From Thermoplasmatota archaeon (GTDB lineage: Archaea; Thermoplasmatota; Penumbrarchaeia; Penumbrarchaeales; Penumbrarchaeaceae), in NCBI GenBank assembly GCA_965234725.1, contig CBDDUX010000108.1, positions 1 through 31,295 on the forward strand: a stretch of DNA of 31,295 bases. Direction: 5' to 3'. Within the stretch, counting starts at the first letter, position 1, and every line of letters starts with the position of its first letter. Below the pieces are notes generated by a model, which searched no databases, was not told where the DNA came from, and worked only from the letters and a program-made list of their open reading frames with translations. A program made the translations under genes and the position numbers. Of this stretch, positions 1 to 9,160 are shown piece after piece.

Positions 1-1
1 T

Positions 2-133
2 TTAAAACTTGCTCTCTTAACCCTTTCAATCTTCCTAAAGGGGTACAAAAAAAATATTGAAAATGGAGATAAGAAACATGTGCACCGCGATGAAAAACAG
101 GAAAAGCTCAATTCCATCGAGGCCCAAGAATAA
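2..133 (+). CDS. Possible 3' end of a gene entering from the left (hydrophobic stretch followed by charged tail)
   Basis: Frame 2 is open from the window edge to TAA at 131-133: LKLALLTLSIFLKGYKKNIENGDKKHVHRDEKQEKLNSIEAQE*. No family recognised. Confidence 0.3.
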   Translation, partial: LKLALLTLSIFLKGYKKNIENGDKKHVHRDEKQEKLNSIEAQE

Positions 134-314
134 GATCTCCTGATGAGCCAGAGATATTTTCCCGTTATTATCCATAGAGCAAATTCAACTGCTTATTCCA
201 ATTCCATATCCAAGGCATTGTCAGGAAAGGGCATCAAAACGTAATATCAGTCATGCTCAAACAGACCATGAAAACATATAATTCGTTCTATTCATTCATA
301 GATAAATATTGAAA

Positions 315-336
315 GTTCAAAATCGGTCTGGCCCAC
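315..336 (+). repeat. tRNA 3'-end-like fragment, copy 1 (putative att scar)
   Basis: GTTCAAAATCGGTCTGGCCCAC resembles a T-loop (GTTCAAATC) plus the 3' acceptor strand. It shares the core TCGGYCTGGCCCA with 2157-2173 and 3569-3582. Confidence 0.6.
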
Positions 337-500
337 TTTTGCTTTTTTTTCAGGCCATTCTGTGGAAACGTCCAGATATACATCTACCTGAAACTCCTTA
401 GACATTCAATTACGCATCAATCTTCTACTGGTCCCCATATTCCCATAAGGACGTAAGAAATCATTGATCATAGTCTCCCTCAAAATTAAATAATTGAATA

Positions 501-2108
501 TTGTTGAGACGGATGATGGACATTTCCAATGCCCTGACCAATCCGATACTGACTTTTAGCATTATTCTCATAATTTCCCTAATAATCCCGGAATTTCTGA
601 AAAAATACAAGATAACATCCGTTCCATTCTTCATCATAGCCGGAATCCTTCTCGGTCCTTTCGGTATTGGGCTGCACCTCGGAGAAGGTCTGATCTTCCT
701 AGGAGAGGTAGGGCTTCTCTTTCTCATATTCATTGCGGGAATGGAGATCTACGAGATGGGGGACCTCCACATCGGAAAGATCGTTCTATTCACTATTATC
801 TCGGCGGTCATCTGTTTTTTCGGGGGATTCCTTCTCGGACTTGGAATGGGCTACTCTATTCTCACTGCCCTTCTGATTGGTACAGTGCTGATCTCATCAT
901 CAATAGGCGAGATCATCCCCATGGTCAATTCAACTCCTTCTGTGAAAAGAAGGCTTTCGCATATCATATTCCCGAGTATAGTCATTCTGGATGCTGCAAG
1001 CCTTATTCTCCTCGGAGTTATCCTTAAAACAGAACAACCGATGATCCAGGTGGTCCTCTTCATTGTTGAATTGTCACTACTGGTCATAATCTCGTTCACT
1101 TTTCTTCCCCGACTGCTGAAATTCTTCTTCAACAGAACCTCGAGAAAACCTAATGAGGGCGATCTAAAATTCATAATAACCATTCTCATGTTTGTAGTGG
1201 CGGCAGGTTATGCCATAGGTGTACACGGAATAGTCACGGCTTTCATAGCGGGTGTAATAGTGGGCAGGCATTTACCCAACCAGACAGTTATTGACAAGGT
1301 CCATGCCATGGGATACGGAATGTTGATACCTGTATTCTTCATCGTACTCGGAATGGAACTGGAGATAGGTGTTCTGTTCGAAGGAACGAGCAACCTGATC
1401 TTTCCTGTTTTCCTCATATTGACACTTATCATGACCAAGATTATCGGAGGCTTGATTTTTGCTATTATAAAGAGAATGCCTCTCAGGGACGGCTTCATTT
1501 TAGGTATGGTCTTGTGGCCTCAGCTTTCCGCTACCATAGCTGCGACCGCTGTGGGGTATGAAACCGGAATCATCAAACAGGAAGTAATGGTGGCAGTTGT
1601 GATAATGGCTTTGTTTTCAGCTCTCGGAACACCGTTCATTTTAAGAAGGTTCGTCAGAAAGGATATTGAAAGATTACTGGTTAGAAATCATATCATTATC
1701 TGCGGTCTTGGTCGAACCACATCCAAATTAGCTTATATTATGGAGGGTATGAATTTTCCACTTGTTATTATTGATAAGAACCATGGAAGATTGAAAGAGA
1801 TCGAAGAAAGGGGTGTTCCGACAATTTTCGGGAATGCCGCCTCCAGATCGGTCTTAAAGGATGCGGGGATCTCAAAGGCCAGAATGGCGATACTCTCGAT
1901 AGCGGATGAACACGACCTGTTTGTAACTGCAAGGAATATTCGCAAACTCAATCCTATATGTCATATAATCGCAAAGGTGCATACTGAAAGATCGTATGAT
2001 ATCCTGAGCAGACAGAAACTTATCGATGATTACGTATGGCCGGAAAAACGATCCGCATCCGAAATTTCCAAGAAAGTTATAAGTCTGATATCAAAAGAAC
2101 CTCTATAA
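501..2108 (+). CDS. Kef-type cation:proton antiporter (CPA2) with C-terminal RCK/TrkA-N domain
   Basis: Many hydrophobic segments with CPA motifs (IAGILLGPFG, GLLFLIFIAGME, AFIAG, IPVFFIVLG) and C-terminal IIICGLGR...IFGNAA...DAGISKA. The true start may be ATG 512 or 515. Confidence 0.9.
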   Translation: MLRRMMDISNALTNPILTFSIILIISLIIPEFLKKYKITSVPFFIIAGILLGPFGIGLHLGEGLIFLGEVGLLFLIFIAGMEIYEMGDLHIGKIVLFTIISAVICFFGGFLLGLGMGYSILTALLIGTVLISSSIGEIIPMVNSTPSVKRRLSHIIFPSIVILDAASLILLGVILKTEQPMIQVVLFIVELSLLVIISFTFLPRLLKFFFNRTSRKPNEGDLKFIITILMFVVAAGYAIGVHGIVTAFIAGVIVGRHLPNQTVIDKVHAMGYGMLIPVFFIVLGMELEIGVLFEGTSNLIFPVFLILTLIMTKIIGGLIFAIIKRMPLRDGFILGMVLWPQLSATIAATAVGYETGIIKQEVMVAVVIMALFSALGTPFILRRFVRKDIERLLVRNHIIICGLGRTTSKLAYIMEGMNFPLVIIDKNHGRLKEIEERGVPTIFGNAASRSVLKDAGISKARMAILSIADEHDLFVTARNIRKLNPICHIIAKVHTERSYDILSRQKLIDDYVWPEKRSASEISKKVISLISKEPL

Positions 2109-2127
2109 AATGATCATATGATCAGTT
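2108..2127. promoter_or_regulatory. Inverted-repeat motif AAATGATC-N4-GATCAGTT, copy A
   Basis: Contains the perfect palindrome TGATCATATGATCA (2111-2124). The same motif recurs at 3539-3558. Confidence 0.45.
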
Positions 2128-2156
2128 TCGATGAATGTTGGATCTATCAGTCAGGA

Positions 2157-2173
2157 TTCGGCCTGGCCCACCA
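2157..2173 (+). repeat. tRNA 3'-end-like fragment, copy 2 (putative att scar)
   Basis: TTCGGCCTGGCCCACCA ends in discriminator A plus CCA. 14 bp are identical to 3569-3582. Confidence 0.65.
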
Positions 2174-2198
2174 ACTATTCTTGACGAGTCCTATTTTC

Positions 2199-3494
2199 TC
2201 AGTTTAGCAACCATTTCCAGAGAGATACTATCTCGATCCCTTCTTCGGTTTTGGATCCTTCCCTGGAGAGTATCATTTTCTTGGCCTTTCCCAGTTCTTT
2301 CTCGGCTTCGAACAATGCTTTGATCTCTCTCTTCCTCGTTTTCGGATCTTCCATATCCCAACAAACCTGGATCAACTGTTTCTCATCGCCTCTTACAATA
2401 ACAAAATCTACTTCCCCCTTCCCCTTCCAGTAGAATATCTCATCTTTAGAAAATCTTCTAAAAAGCTCCATTGCTACGATATTCTCGGCGAGACTTCCAA
2501 GATCCATTCTCTTCGGACTCTTCACCGATCGAACCATACCCGTATCAATGCAGTACAACTTTTTTGGATACTGCTCTATATCCTTCGCCTTGTATGAGAT
2601 GATCGGTATGAAAGTGAATATCAATGATTCAGAAAGGTAGGAGAAATATTCATTGACCGTAGCAGATGAGATCTTGAACCCGACAGAGTTCATGGAATTC
2701 TTCATCTTCGTTACACTTGTCAGGTTGGAAATATTGTTAAGGAGCAGTGTAACCAGTGATTTCAATTTGTGGACCTCTCTGACCCCGAACCTGTTTACTA
2801 TATCTCGATTGATTATTGAATGAAATAGTTCCTTGAGAAACTCCCCTTTAAGACCTTGATCCTCGATAGATTGTACCTGTGGATAACCTCCACCCTCCAT
2901 ATATTCAAGAAGTCTGCCCTGCATTTCCTTTTCATTCCAGACCTTATTCAGTTGACCTCTAAAACCCAGGAACTCCTGAAAACCAAAAGGCTGGATCCTT
3001 AGTTCCATGAACCTTCCTGTAAGAAGTGATGACAATTCCTGAGACAATATTTCTGATGAAGAACCTGTAACGATCATCTTAATTTCAGGATACTTCTCTA
3101 TCATTGATCTGACCCATCTCTCCCATCCATTGATGGTTTGAGCTTCATCAATGAAGAAATAAATAGGCCCCTCTTGCTTCAGATAATGCAGATAGGTTTC
3201 ATGGATATCCATGAGTAATTGTGTCCCTAAATAGGGTTCCAAAGCAGGATCTTCGAGATTGATGAAGATCGTTGATCGAGGATCCGTTCCCTTTTCCATC
3301 AGTCTCTGGATCATCTGCCTGCAGAGGTATGTCTTTCCACTCCTTCTTACACCGGTCACAGCAACAATGGTCGAAGGGACCTTCAGATAGTCCTCGAAAC
3401 GATCCAGATACTCATTTCTGACGTATCCTGTTCCAAGCTCTTTATCCCAGAAGTTGAAAGGAGATATTACTTCCATCAATTCTGACCGTATCAT
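2199..3494 (-). CDS. AAA_14 / DUF4143 family ATPase with C-terminal PD-(D/E)xK-like domain
   Basis: Walker A GVRRSGKT, Walker B FFIDEAQ, VTGSSS, LTGR, GGYP, PKKLYCIDTG, EVDFVI...LIQVC. Confidence 0.92.
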   Translation of the reverse strand: MIRSELMEVISPFNFWDKELGTGYVRNEYLDRFEDYLKVPSTIVAVTGVRRSGKTYLCRQMIQRLMEKGTDPRSTIFINLEDPALEPYLGTQLLMDIHETYLHYLKQEGPIYFFIDEAQTINGWERWVRSMIEKYPEIKMIVTGSSSEILSQELSSLLTGRFMELRIQPFGFQEFLGFRGQLNKVWNEKEMQGRLLEYMEGGGYPQVQSIEDQGLKGEFLKELFHSIINRDIVNRFGVREVHKLKSLVTLLLNNISNLTSVTKMKNSMNSVGFKISSATVNEYFSYLSESLIFTFIPIISYKAKDIEQYPKKLYCIDTGMVRSVKSPKRMDLGSLAENIVAMELFRRFSKDEIFYWKGKGEVDFVIVRGDEKQLIQVCWDMEDPKTRKREIKALFEAEKELGKAKKMILSREGSKTEEGIEIVSLWKWLLN

Positions 3495-3499
3495 TCGTC

Positions 3500-3545
3500 A
3501 TACTAAATGATATGGACATATTTATAGTTTAGTATACTAAATGAT
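3500..3545 (-). promoter_or_regulatory. Promoter/operator of the AAA ATPase: TATA box plus palindrome plus direct repeat
   Basis: Minus-strand CTATAAATAT (3518-3527) about 25 nt before the ATG; perfect palindrome TTTAGTATACTAAA 3528-3541; ATACTAAATGAT at 3500-3511 and 3534-3545. Confidence 0.6.
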
Positions 3546-3558
3546 CTCACGATCATTT
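3539..3558. promoter_or_regulatory. Inverted-repeat motif AAATGATC-N4-GATCATTT, copy B
   Basis: Perfect 8-bp arms with a 4-nt spacer; matches 2108-2127. Confidence 0.45.
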
Positions 3559-3568
3559 TCTGAACAAT

Positions 3569-3582
3569 TTCGGCCTGGCCCA
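3569..3582 (+). repeat. tRNA 3'-end-like fragment, copy 3 (putative outermost att scar)
   Basis: TTCGGCCTGGCCCA, identical to 2157-2170. Confidence 0.65.
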
Positions 3583-3724
3583 TACCTTTTCTTCACCAGT
3601 GATGGTCACAACCTCACTTTCACGAACATTTTCATAAGCCAGGTATCTATGTGTGATCCATAATGCCGAATGATCTTCTATAGTTACATTTCCATGCCAT
3701 TAGCGAGTTACATGACCGGTCATG

Positions 3725-6097
3725 CTAATTCAGAATGGTTACCGTACCCTTTGTACCATTTACCACCACGTTGTTTGCATCCTTGAGGATCTCCGTTGCA
3801 TTCTTCAATCCCGCAACAGTTGGAATATTGGATTCCCTGGCAAGAATGGCTCCATGGGACAACATCCCCCCCACTTCGAGAATGAGTGCCCCGGCCAAGA
3901 GAAAAAGATGTGTCTGTCCCGGATCGATATACCTGGTGACCAGAATATCTCCTTTGTTGATCTTCACATTTCTGTCCAGAACCTTCACGACCAGGACCCT
4001 GCCAGTATGTATTCCGGAAGAAACAGGCTGTCCGATTATTTTCTGCCCACCATACTGTTCATTCTCCTCATGTTTTTCAGGGACGGAATCGAAATCCACT
4101 CCATTCCTGAGATATCTTCCGGGCGGTCCGGTTTCGTTCTCGAAGGAAGCTCTGTTGAACCAAGCTTCTTCTTTGAAACCCTTGCTGTGAGTTCCCGGGA
4201 GCTTTCCAAAAACCGATCGAACATCCAGAAAGAAAATATCATCCACTCTGTTGAGGATCCCTTCATCGACCATTTTTTTAGCAATCACTATAAAAAGTTC
4301 TCTCATTTTAGCCAGGATCATATCGAGATAGAACCTCTGTAACTCACGGAATTCGATATAGCGCACCAGATATCGAGAAATAATGCGGAAGGCCGTCTTA
4401 TCTCTGAAGGGGAGTGATCCCATTATTTTCCGGTTAGCCTGGTTTCTTTTCTCCAGAACCGAGTCCCTTCTTGATCTTTCATCGTTGGGGCCCTCTGATA
4501 GGGTAAGCTGTCTCATCATCGAGAATGGTATCATCGGGTCATCTTTCCATGATGGTTGATGGATATCCCTGCTGATCCTTCGATGACCGTATATCTCCAG
4601 TGTATTCTCGAAATATTCAATGAACAGCTCACCACCTGTAATTTCCATGATCTTCTCCTTATAGGATATGTACTCACTGAAGTCCCCTGTCAGGACATTC
4701 AGTATCTGTTTTTCTGACCGGGCCATATCTGCAAGATAACGGATCTCATCGGATGCGTCCATGGTCCTGTTGTTCCTGAAACCGGACATGAGGTCTGGTA
4801 GGTATTCCACAAGGTCGTTCTTATGAAGCAGATTTGTTGCCGCTCCCATGAGTGGTATTGAGTAAAGAATCATACCCCATTTCGATGAACTGACATGGAC
4901 CTTCACGATCTCCATGAGATGAGAATAGTGCTCCCATAGATGTGCATCATCCAAGCTTTCAGGATCATCCAGCTCATGTAGTTTGGAAAGAATATCAGGA
5001 ACTACTACGGTCCTGAAGTTCTCATCAAGTCTTGATATCCAGCAATCTCGATGGCCCAGGATGAAAGATAGCACCTTCATCATGATCGGGATGGGGGATC
5101 TTTTATTCCCCTCTCTCAATTCCTTTCTGATGTCGGGAGGAACGGTCTCCCATATCTGGTCCATGCCATCCTTTAAAGGCATGGCACCCAGCGCATATTC
5201 CATTATGTTGGTGTCGGCGTAGAGAAAATTTTTGTGTCTTATGAGAAAGTCTTCACCCACATTTACACCAAGCCCCAGATCCTTCATGGTCTCTGCAAGG
5301 TAGTATTCTGTGTAAATGGTCCTGAAGATAGAGAAAAACAGGGGAGTTACGGGTCCCGAGTAGAATTGCTCTGCCTGGACTCGGCTAAATGTTCGAAAAC
5401 CAATCCTTTCAGGAGGAGGCAGGTTCGTGATCGGTCTTACCTGGAGGATGGACAATTCTTCTTCAGAGTAGGCCCATTCGATATCCAGGGGATAGCCGAA
5501 TTTCTTCTCCAGATACCTCGAGGTTTCTATCAATTTTCCGAGGTCGATCCCCGTCTCCGGGTAATTGATATGCTCTATTGATAAATCCAGATCATTTGGA
5601 ACCTTGATCCTCTTCGGGTCCGACCTTCCGGAGACCAGGGAGTCGCACAACCCCTCAATATATTCGATTATCGTTTCATTACTCCCGTCGAGAGGGTTTC
5701 TGGTGAAAAGGACCCCGGCGACATTTGGATCAAGCTGCTTCTGAATTATTACGGCCATATCCTCTTCTCCGGCTGAGGACCAGACCTCATTGACGGCTTT
5801 GATCAGATCCTGATGGGAAACCACGTTAAGGATCGTTCTGAATAAACCTGCATTCGATCGATCCGATAGGTCTTCCCCCACTGATGAGGACCTTACCACA
5901 ACCTTCCCACCCAGCATTTCCAGTATTTCACTCAGTTTTTTTAAAAGATCATCATCCATATCGCTGTGGGCGAACTTTCTGTAACATTCGGTTGTCAGGA
6001 TCCAAAATTCCGGTACGTGCAACCCAAGAAGATGGCATCTGTACAATTCGAACCCCTTCGATCCAATATGGTCCCTGTTCCCCTCCCTTACGATCAT
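3725..6097 (-). CDS. PEP-utilising/dikinase-type phosphotransferase (rifampin phosphotransferase / PigC architecture)
   Basis: N-terminal ATP-grasp (GSKG, VVVRSS..GED...S.AG.F, DIEWA, LQVRPIT), helical central domain, C-terminal swivelling phospho-His domain (GGMLSHGAILARE). No PEP-binding TIM barrel. Confidence 0.88.
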   Translation of the reverse strand: MIVREGNRDHIGSKGFELYRCHLLGLHVPEFWILTTECYRKFAHSDMDDDLLKKLSEILEMLGGKVVVRSSSVGEDLSDRSNAGLFRTILNVVSHQDLIKAVNEVWSSAGEEDMAVIIQKQLDPNVAGVLFTRNPLDGSNETIIEYIEGLCDSLVSGRSDPKRIKVPNDLDLSIEHINYPETGIDLGKLIETSRYLEKKFGYPLDIEWAYSEEELSILQVRPITNLPPPERIGFRTFSRVQAEQFYSGPVTPLFFSIFRTIYTEYYLAETMKDLGLGVNVGEDFLIRHKNFLYADTNIMEYALGAMPLKDGMDQIWETVPPDIRKELREGNKRSPIPIMMKVLSFILGHRDCWISRLDENFRTVVVPDILSKLHELDDPESLDDAHLWEHYSHLMEIVKVHVSSSKWGMILYSIPLMGAATNLLHKNDLVEYLPDLMSGFRNNRTMDASDEIRYLADMARSEKQILNVLTGDFSEYISYKEKIMEITGGELFIEYFENTLEIYGHRRISRDIHQPSWKDDPMIPFSMMRQLTLSEGPNDERSRRDSVLEKRNQANRKIMGSLPFRDKTAFRIISRYLVRYIEFRELQRFYLDMILAKMRELFIVIAKKMVDEGILNRVDDIFFLDVRSVFGKLPGTHSKGFKEEAWFNRASFENETGPPGRYLRNGVDFDSVPEKHEENEQYGGQKIIGQPVSSGIHTGRVLVVKVLDRNVKINKGDILVTRYIDPGQTHLFLLAGALILEVGGMLSHGAILARESNIPTVAGLKNATEILKDANNVVVNGTKGTVTILN

Positions 6098-7059
6098 TAA
6101 AATCCTCTTCCAATTTTAAGAAGCTTGAGTAAGAAGGGGAGCTTTTTCAGTTTGTTAGGATAGTGCCAGAGGTATTCTTGAAGTCCGAACCCTACACTGT
6201 TGTTGATCGTCATTTTGCCTATGCCCTCGTAAACAAGGCTTCCGGATGGAGGGAACGGGATCGAAATGGTAGATTCGCAATTGACCTCGAATCTCCGGTT
6301 CTTCGAGTCTCTGAATACTATATGGGATCCTTTCGGTTCTCTTCCATCGGTTTGATACTCGACCATGATCTTTTGGTCGATCACATCTACGTTCTCCTCA
6401 CCGTCGAATACAAAACCCTTGAAAAATGGTTTTCCACTGATCGATCCATCCCATATATTGAATGCCAGATCTTTCGAGAACGCACAACAGTGAAGACTGT
6501 ATCTGTCTATCGAAGCCCAATCCCTGATACCCCAGGAATGGTCTCTGTGTCCCAAACATGGACCAATTCTCATCTCCTTTCCATTCAGGACCAAGGACCC
6601 ACTATACATTCCGAACTGTTCATAGTGCTGGGTGCCTATCCTTTCGAAGATCCATTCTTCTTCGTCATCTTTTCTGTAAGGATAGATACGGTTGACAGGT
6701 GAGAACTTGAGATCCATTCCTATCTTCTTGTCATTGAATTTCAATCTCCAATCCGTGCCTTCGACAGAATATCCCATATCACCGATCCTGAATTCATAGC
6801 CGGAAAACAATGGTTTCTTCAAAGATATCAGTGGTTTGAGAACTATCGGCCTGTCATCTTTAATTATTAAAATAAATCCAACCGACCTTTTTTTATTTGG
6901 CAGTTGACCTATGGTCGTGATGATACTGATCCTTTTTTTCGGGTCTGTCATATTGAAATAGTAACTTTCTCTCCAATTTCTATCCTCATGGATCCCTCCT
7001 CCCCTAGATTGAGAGATCAAATGATTGATATTGTCCATGTCAAGATATTTGCCCTTCAT
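6097..7059 (-). CDS. Uncharacterised protein, AttH/CrtC/tocopherol-cyclase-like beta-barrel family (inferred)
   Basis: Motifs WRESYYF, HYEQFG, GHRDHSWGIRDW. 1-bp TAATG overlap with the downstream phosphotransferase. Confidence 0.65.
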   Translation of the reverse strand: MKGKYLDMDNINHLISQSRGGGIHEDRNWRESYYFNMTDPKKRISIITTIGQLPNKKRSVGFILIIKDDRPIVLKPLISLKKPLFSGYEFRIGDMGYSVEGTDWRLKFNDKKIGMDLKFSPVNRIYPYRKDDEEEWIFERIGTQHYEQFGMYSGSLVLNGKEMRIGPCLGHRDHSWGIRDWASIDRYSLHCCAFSKDLAFNIWDGSISGKPFFKGFVFDGEENVDVIDQKIMVEYQTDGREPKGSHIVFRDSKNRRFEVNCESTISIPFPPSGSLVYEGIGKMTINNSVGFGLQEYLWHYPNKLKKLPFLLKLLKIGRGF

Positions 7060-7111
7060 GGGATTGATTCATTTGGAGATGCATTAAATATTGTGACTTC
7101 CATGGAAGCCT

Positions 7112-7789
7112 ATGTTTGGATTGAAGAGATTCACTCTCAGGACGAGATATCACTCCACCCTGATACCATATCTCGATAGAATGTTCGTTTATGTTAATTC
7201 ATTGACAGTTCAGGAACAGTTCATGATCTCCTCAAGAGAATTTCTTGTTCTGTGTAATATTCAATGGAAAAAGGTCCCGGCTAATGTCGAATTGCTGCTT
7301 GAACTACTGGTTGATGAGATAGAATGGTATGAAGAGATTATACACATAGATACCCAGAAAAGAAGGACACTATGTTTTATCAAAGGTCATCATGATCCGG
7401 GGTATACGGATCTCTTCCATTTCATAATGAAGGAATACCTCTGCTTCCTGGAGTTCCCCATCCATGCGACAGAGGAATATGGCACTTTCAACATGGTTGG
7501 ACCTCCTGAAGAGATAACCAGATTGTTGGATTATATGAAAGATTGGGGATCAAGTATGGAGATCATCGGGATCAGGGCATACAATCCCAAGGACAGGGGG
7601 ATCCTTTCAATATTGACAGAGAAGCAGCTTTCTGTATTGAAGCAAGCTCATTTTAGAGGTTTCTTTGATACTCCAAGAAAAAGAGATTCCCGTAAGATAT
7701 CTGAAGAGATCGGTATAAGACATACAACTTTCCTGACACACCTCAGAAAGGGGCAGAAAAGGATCTTTTCCTATTTATTCCAGGAATGA
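7112..7789 (+). CDS. Transcriptional regulator with C-terminal HTH_10 (bacterio-opsin activator-type) domain
   Basis: LTEKQLSVLKQAHFRGFFDTPRK...ISEEIGIRHTTFLTHLRKGQKRI fits the HTH_10 pattern. Start more likely ATG 7181 or 7223. Confidence 0.85.
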   Translation: MFGLKRFTLRTRYHSTLIPYLDRMFVYVNSLTVQEQFMISSREFLVLCNIQWKKVPANVELLLELLVDEIEWYEEIIHIDTQKRRTLCFIKGHHDPGYTDLFHFIMKEYLCFLEFPIHATEEYGTFNMVGPPEEITRLLDYMKDWGSSMEIIGIRAYNPKDRGILSILTEKQLSVLKQAHFRGFFDTPRKRDSRKISEEIGIRHTTFLTHLRKGQKRIFSYLFQE

Positions 7790-7805
7790 TGATATTCGGA
7801 GTCTT

Positions 7806-8447
7806 TCATTTCTTATTAAAGGAGCCAATGAAGAAGGGGTAGCCAAGAACAGGTCCTCCTTTGAAGCTCTCGATCTCGATAAGGTCCTTCATAGATCGGA
7901 TTATCTGCTCCGTGTTCCTGTTCAGATTGCAGCCGGAAGGGGCATGCCAGATGGGTGATATCTTGTCGAAGATGAAAGCCTGGGGCCCGGCTTTCGGAAG
8001 CTGATGTTCAATGAAAACAAATCGTCCCCCTTTCTTCAGAACACGAACACCTTCCTCGATCACGGATAGGGGGTCTTCTACTGTGCAAAGTATAAGGGTT
8101 GAAACAACCGAGTCGAACTTCTCATCCTCGAAAGGTAGCTTTTCCCCGTATCCTACCGTTGTCCTCAGACATCTTCCATTATCACCGTATCCCCACCCTT
8201 CAGCTTTTCTTTTCAGATAAGTGATATTCTCATGGTTGGGATCAAGGACCGTGACACAGTTGACACTTTCCGGATAATATTTGAGGTTCGTTCCGGTGCC
8301 AGAACCGATGTCCAGGACCTCTCCCGTAAGAGGAGAAAGCATTTCCCTTCTCCATTTTGCGAACCATGCAAGCTCCATGGGAGCCAGGAAGAGATCGTAA
8401 CTCTTTGGTCCTGCATTCTTGGACCGCTTTTCAATACCGTCGGACAT
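7806..8447 (-). CDS. Class I SAM-dependent methyltransferase (METTL7-like)
   Basis: VLDIGSGTGTN, GEKLPFEDEKFDSVVSTLILCTV, RVLKKGGRFVFIEH, GCNLNR. Confidence 0.88.
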   Translation of the reverse strand: MSDGIEKRSKNAGPKSYDLFLAPMELAWFAKWRREMLSPLTGEVLDIGSGTGTNLKYYPESVNCVTVLDPNHENITYLKRKAEGWGYGDNGRCLRTTVGYGEKLPFEDEKFDSVVSTLILCTVEDPLSVIEEGVRVLKKGGRFVFIEHQLPKAGPQAFIFDKISPIWHAPSGCNLNRNTEQIIRSMKDLIEIESFKGGPVLGYPFFIGSFNKK

Positions 8448-8522
8448 AATAGGACTTAGAATGGTCCTGATGGTTAATAATATGACACCTGACAGGAGAG
8501 GTCCTTACAGGATAGACAGATA

Positions 8523-9098
8523 TCATTCAGAGAATTTGGCCCCGCATCCGGGACAGTACTTGAATGTCTTCTCGGAAGGTGTTTTGCAGATCGGACAGAA
8601 GGACTTTACTGATTTCTTTTCCTCCGCTTCCAGCTTCTTTTTCACCCTGGAGGCAAGCATGCTGTCCTCGACGGTTCCCGGGAACTTGAAGATGAGAAGT
8701 CCCATGATCGAAAGGAAATAGAAGACCATTCCCACGGATATGATGACCCATCTGATCCCCGGGTCGGTGAGCTCATCTGTAAGGATGTCCATGAGATATG
8801 TATAAAGCGTGATGATCGCCATGTTCAGCCACAGGAATATTAAAAGGATCGTTACAGCGGGCCCGGTCTTCCTGGCCTTGGAGAAAAGGGAACCAAGCGT
8901 AACGACGAACCCGAAGGCGATGGCAGCACCGACCATCCCGAATATCCACATCTTGAGAGCATTGCTATAGTCCGCTGTCTCTGTAATGTCCTCAAGGTTC
9001 ATGTTCTTGAGTGTTAGGAACAGCGTTCCGAATAGAATGAACAGTGCAGCGTGATACATCAATACCCCAGGTTTGTTCAACAAGGCCATGTGACCCAC
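8523..9098 (-). CDS. Membrane protein (about 4 TM) with C-terminal zinc ribbon
   Basis: Four hydrophobic segments; CPICK...CPGCG at the C-terminus. Start GTG 9098 or ATG 9089. Confidence 0.75.
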   Translation of the reverse strand: MGHMALLNKPGVLMYHAALFILFGTLFLTLKNMNLEDITETADYSNALKMWIFGMVGAAIAFGFVVTLGSLFSKARKTGPAVTILLIFLWLNMAIITLYTYLMDILTDELTDPGIRWVIISVGMVFYFLSIMGLLIFKFPGTVEDSMLASRVKKKLEAEEKKSVKSFCPICKTPSEKTFKYCPGCGAKFSE

Positions 9099-9160
9099 CC
9101 TTGTCTTGGATAAGACTCTTCTTTTTAAACCTTATTGGCAATTGGTCTAATTGAACACTC

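Noticed and set aside
134..500. Hidden small gene or ncRNA in the AT-rich spacer
   Set aside because: No convincing ORF or stem structure apart from the tRNA-like fragment.
3725..6097. ppsA or a rifampin-resistance gene (rph)
   Set aside because: It lacks the PEP-binding barrel of PpsA; sharing the RPH domain order does not establish the substrate.
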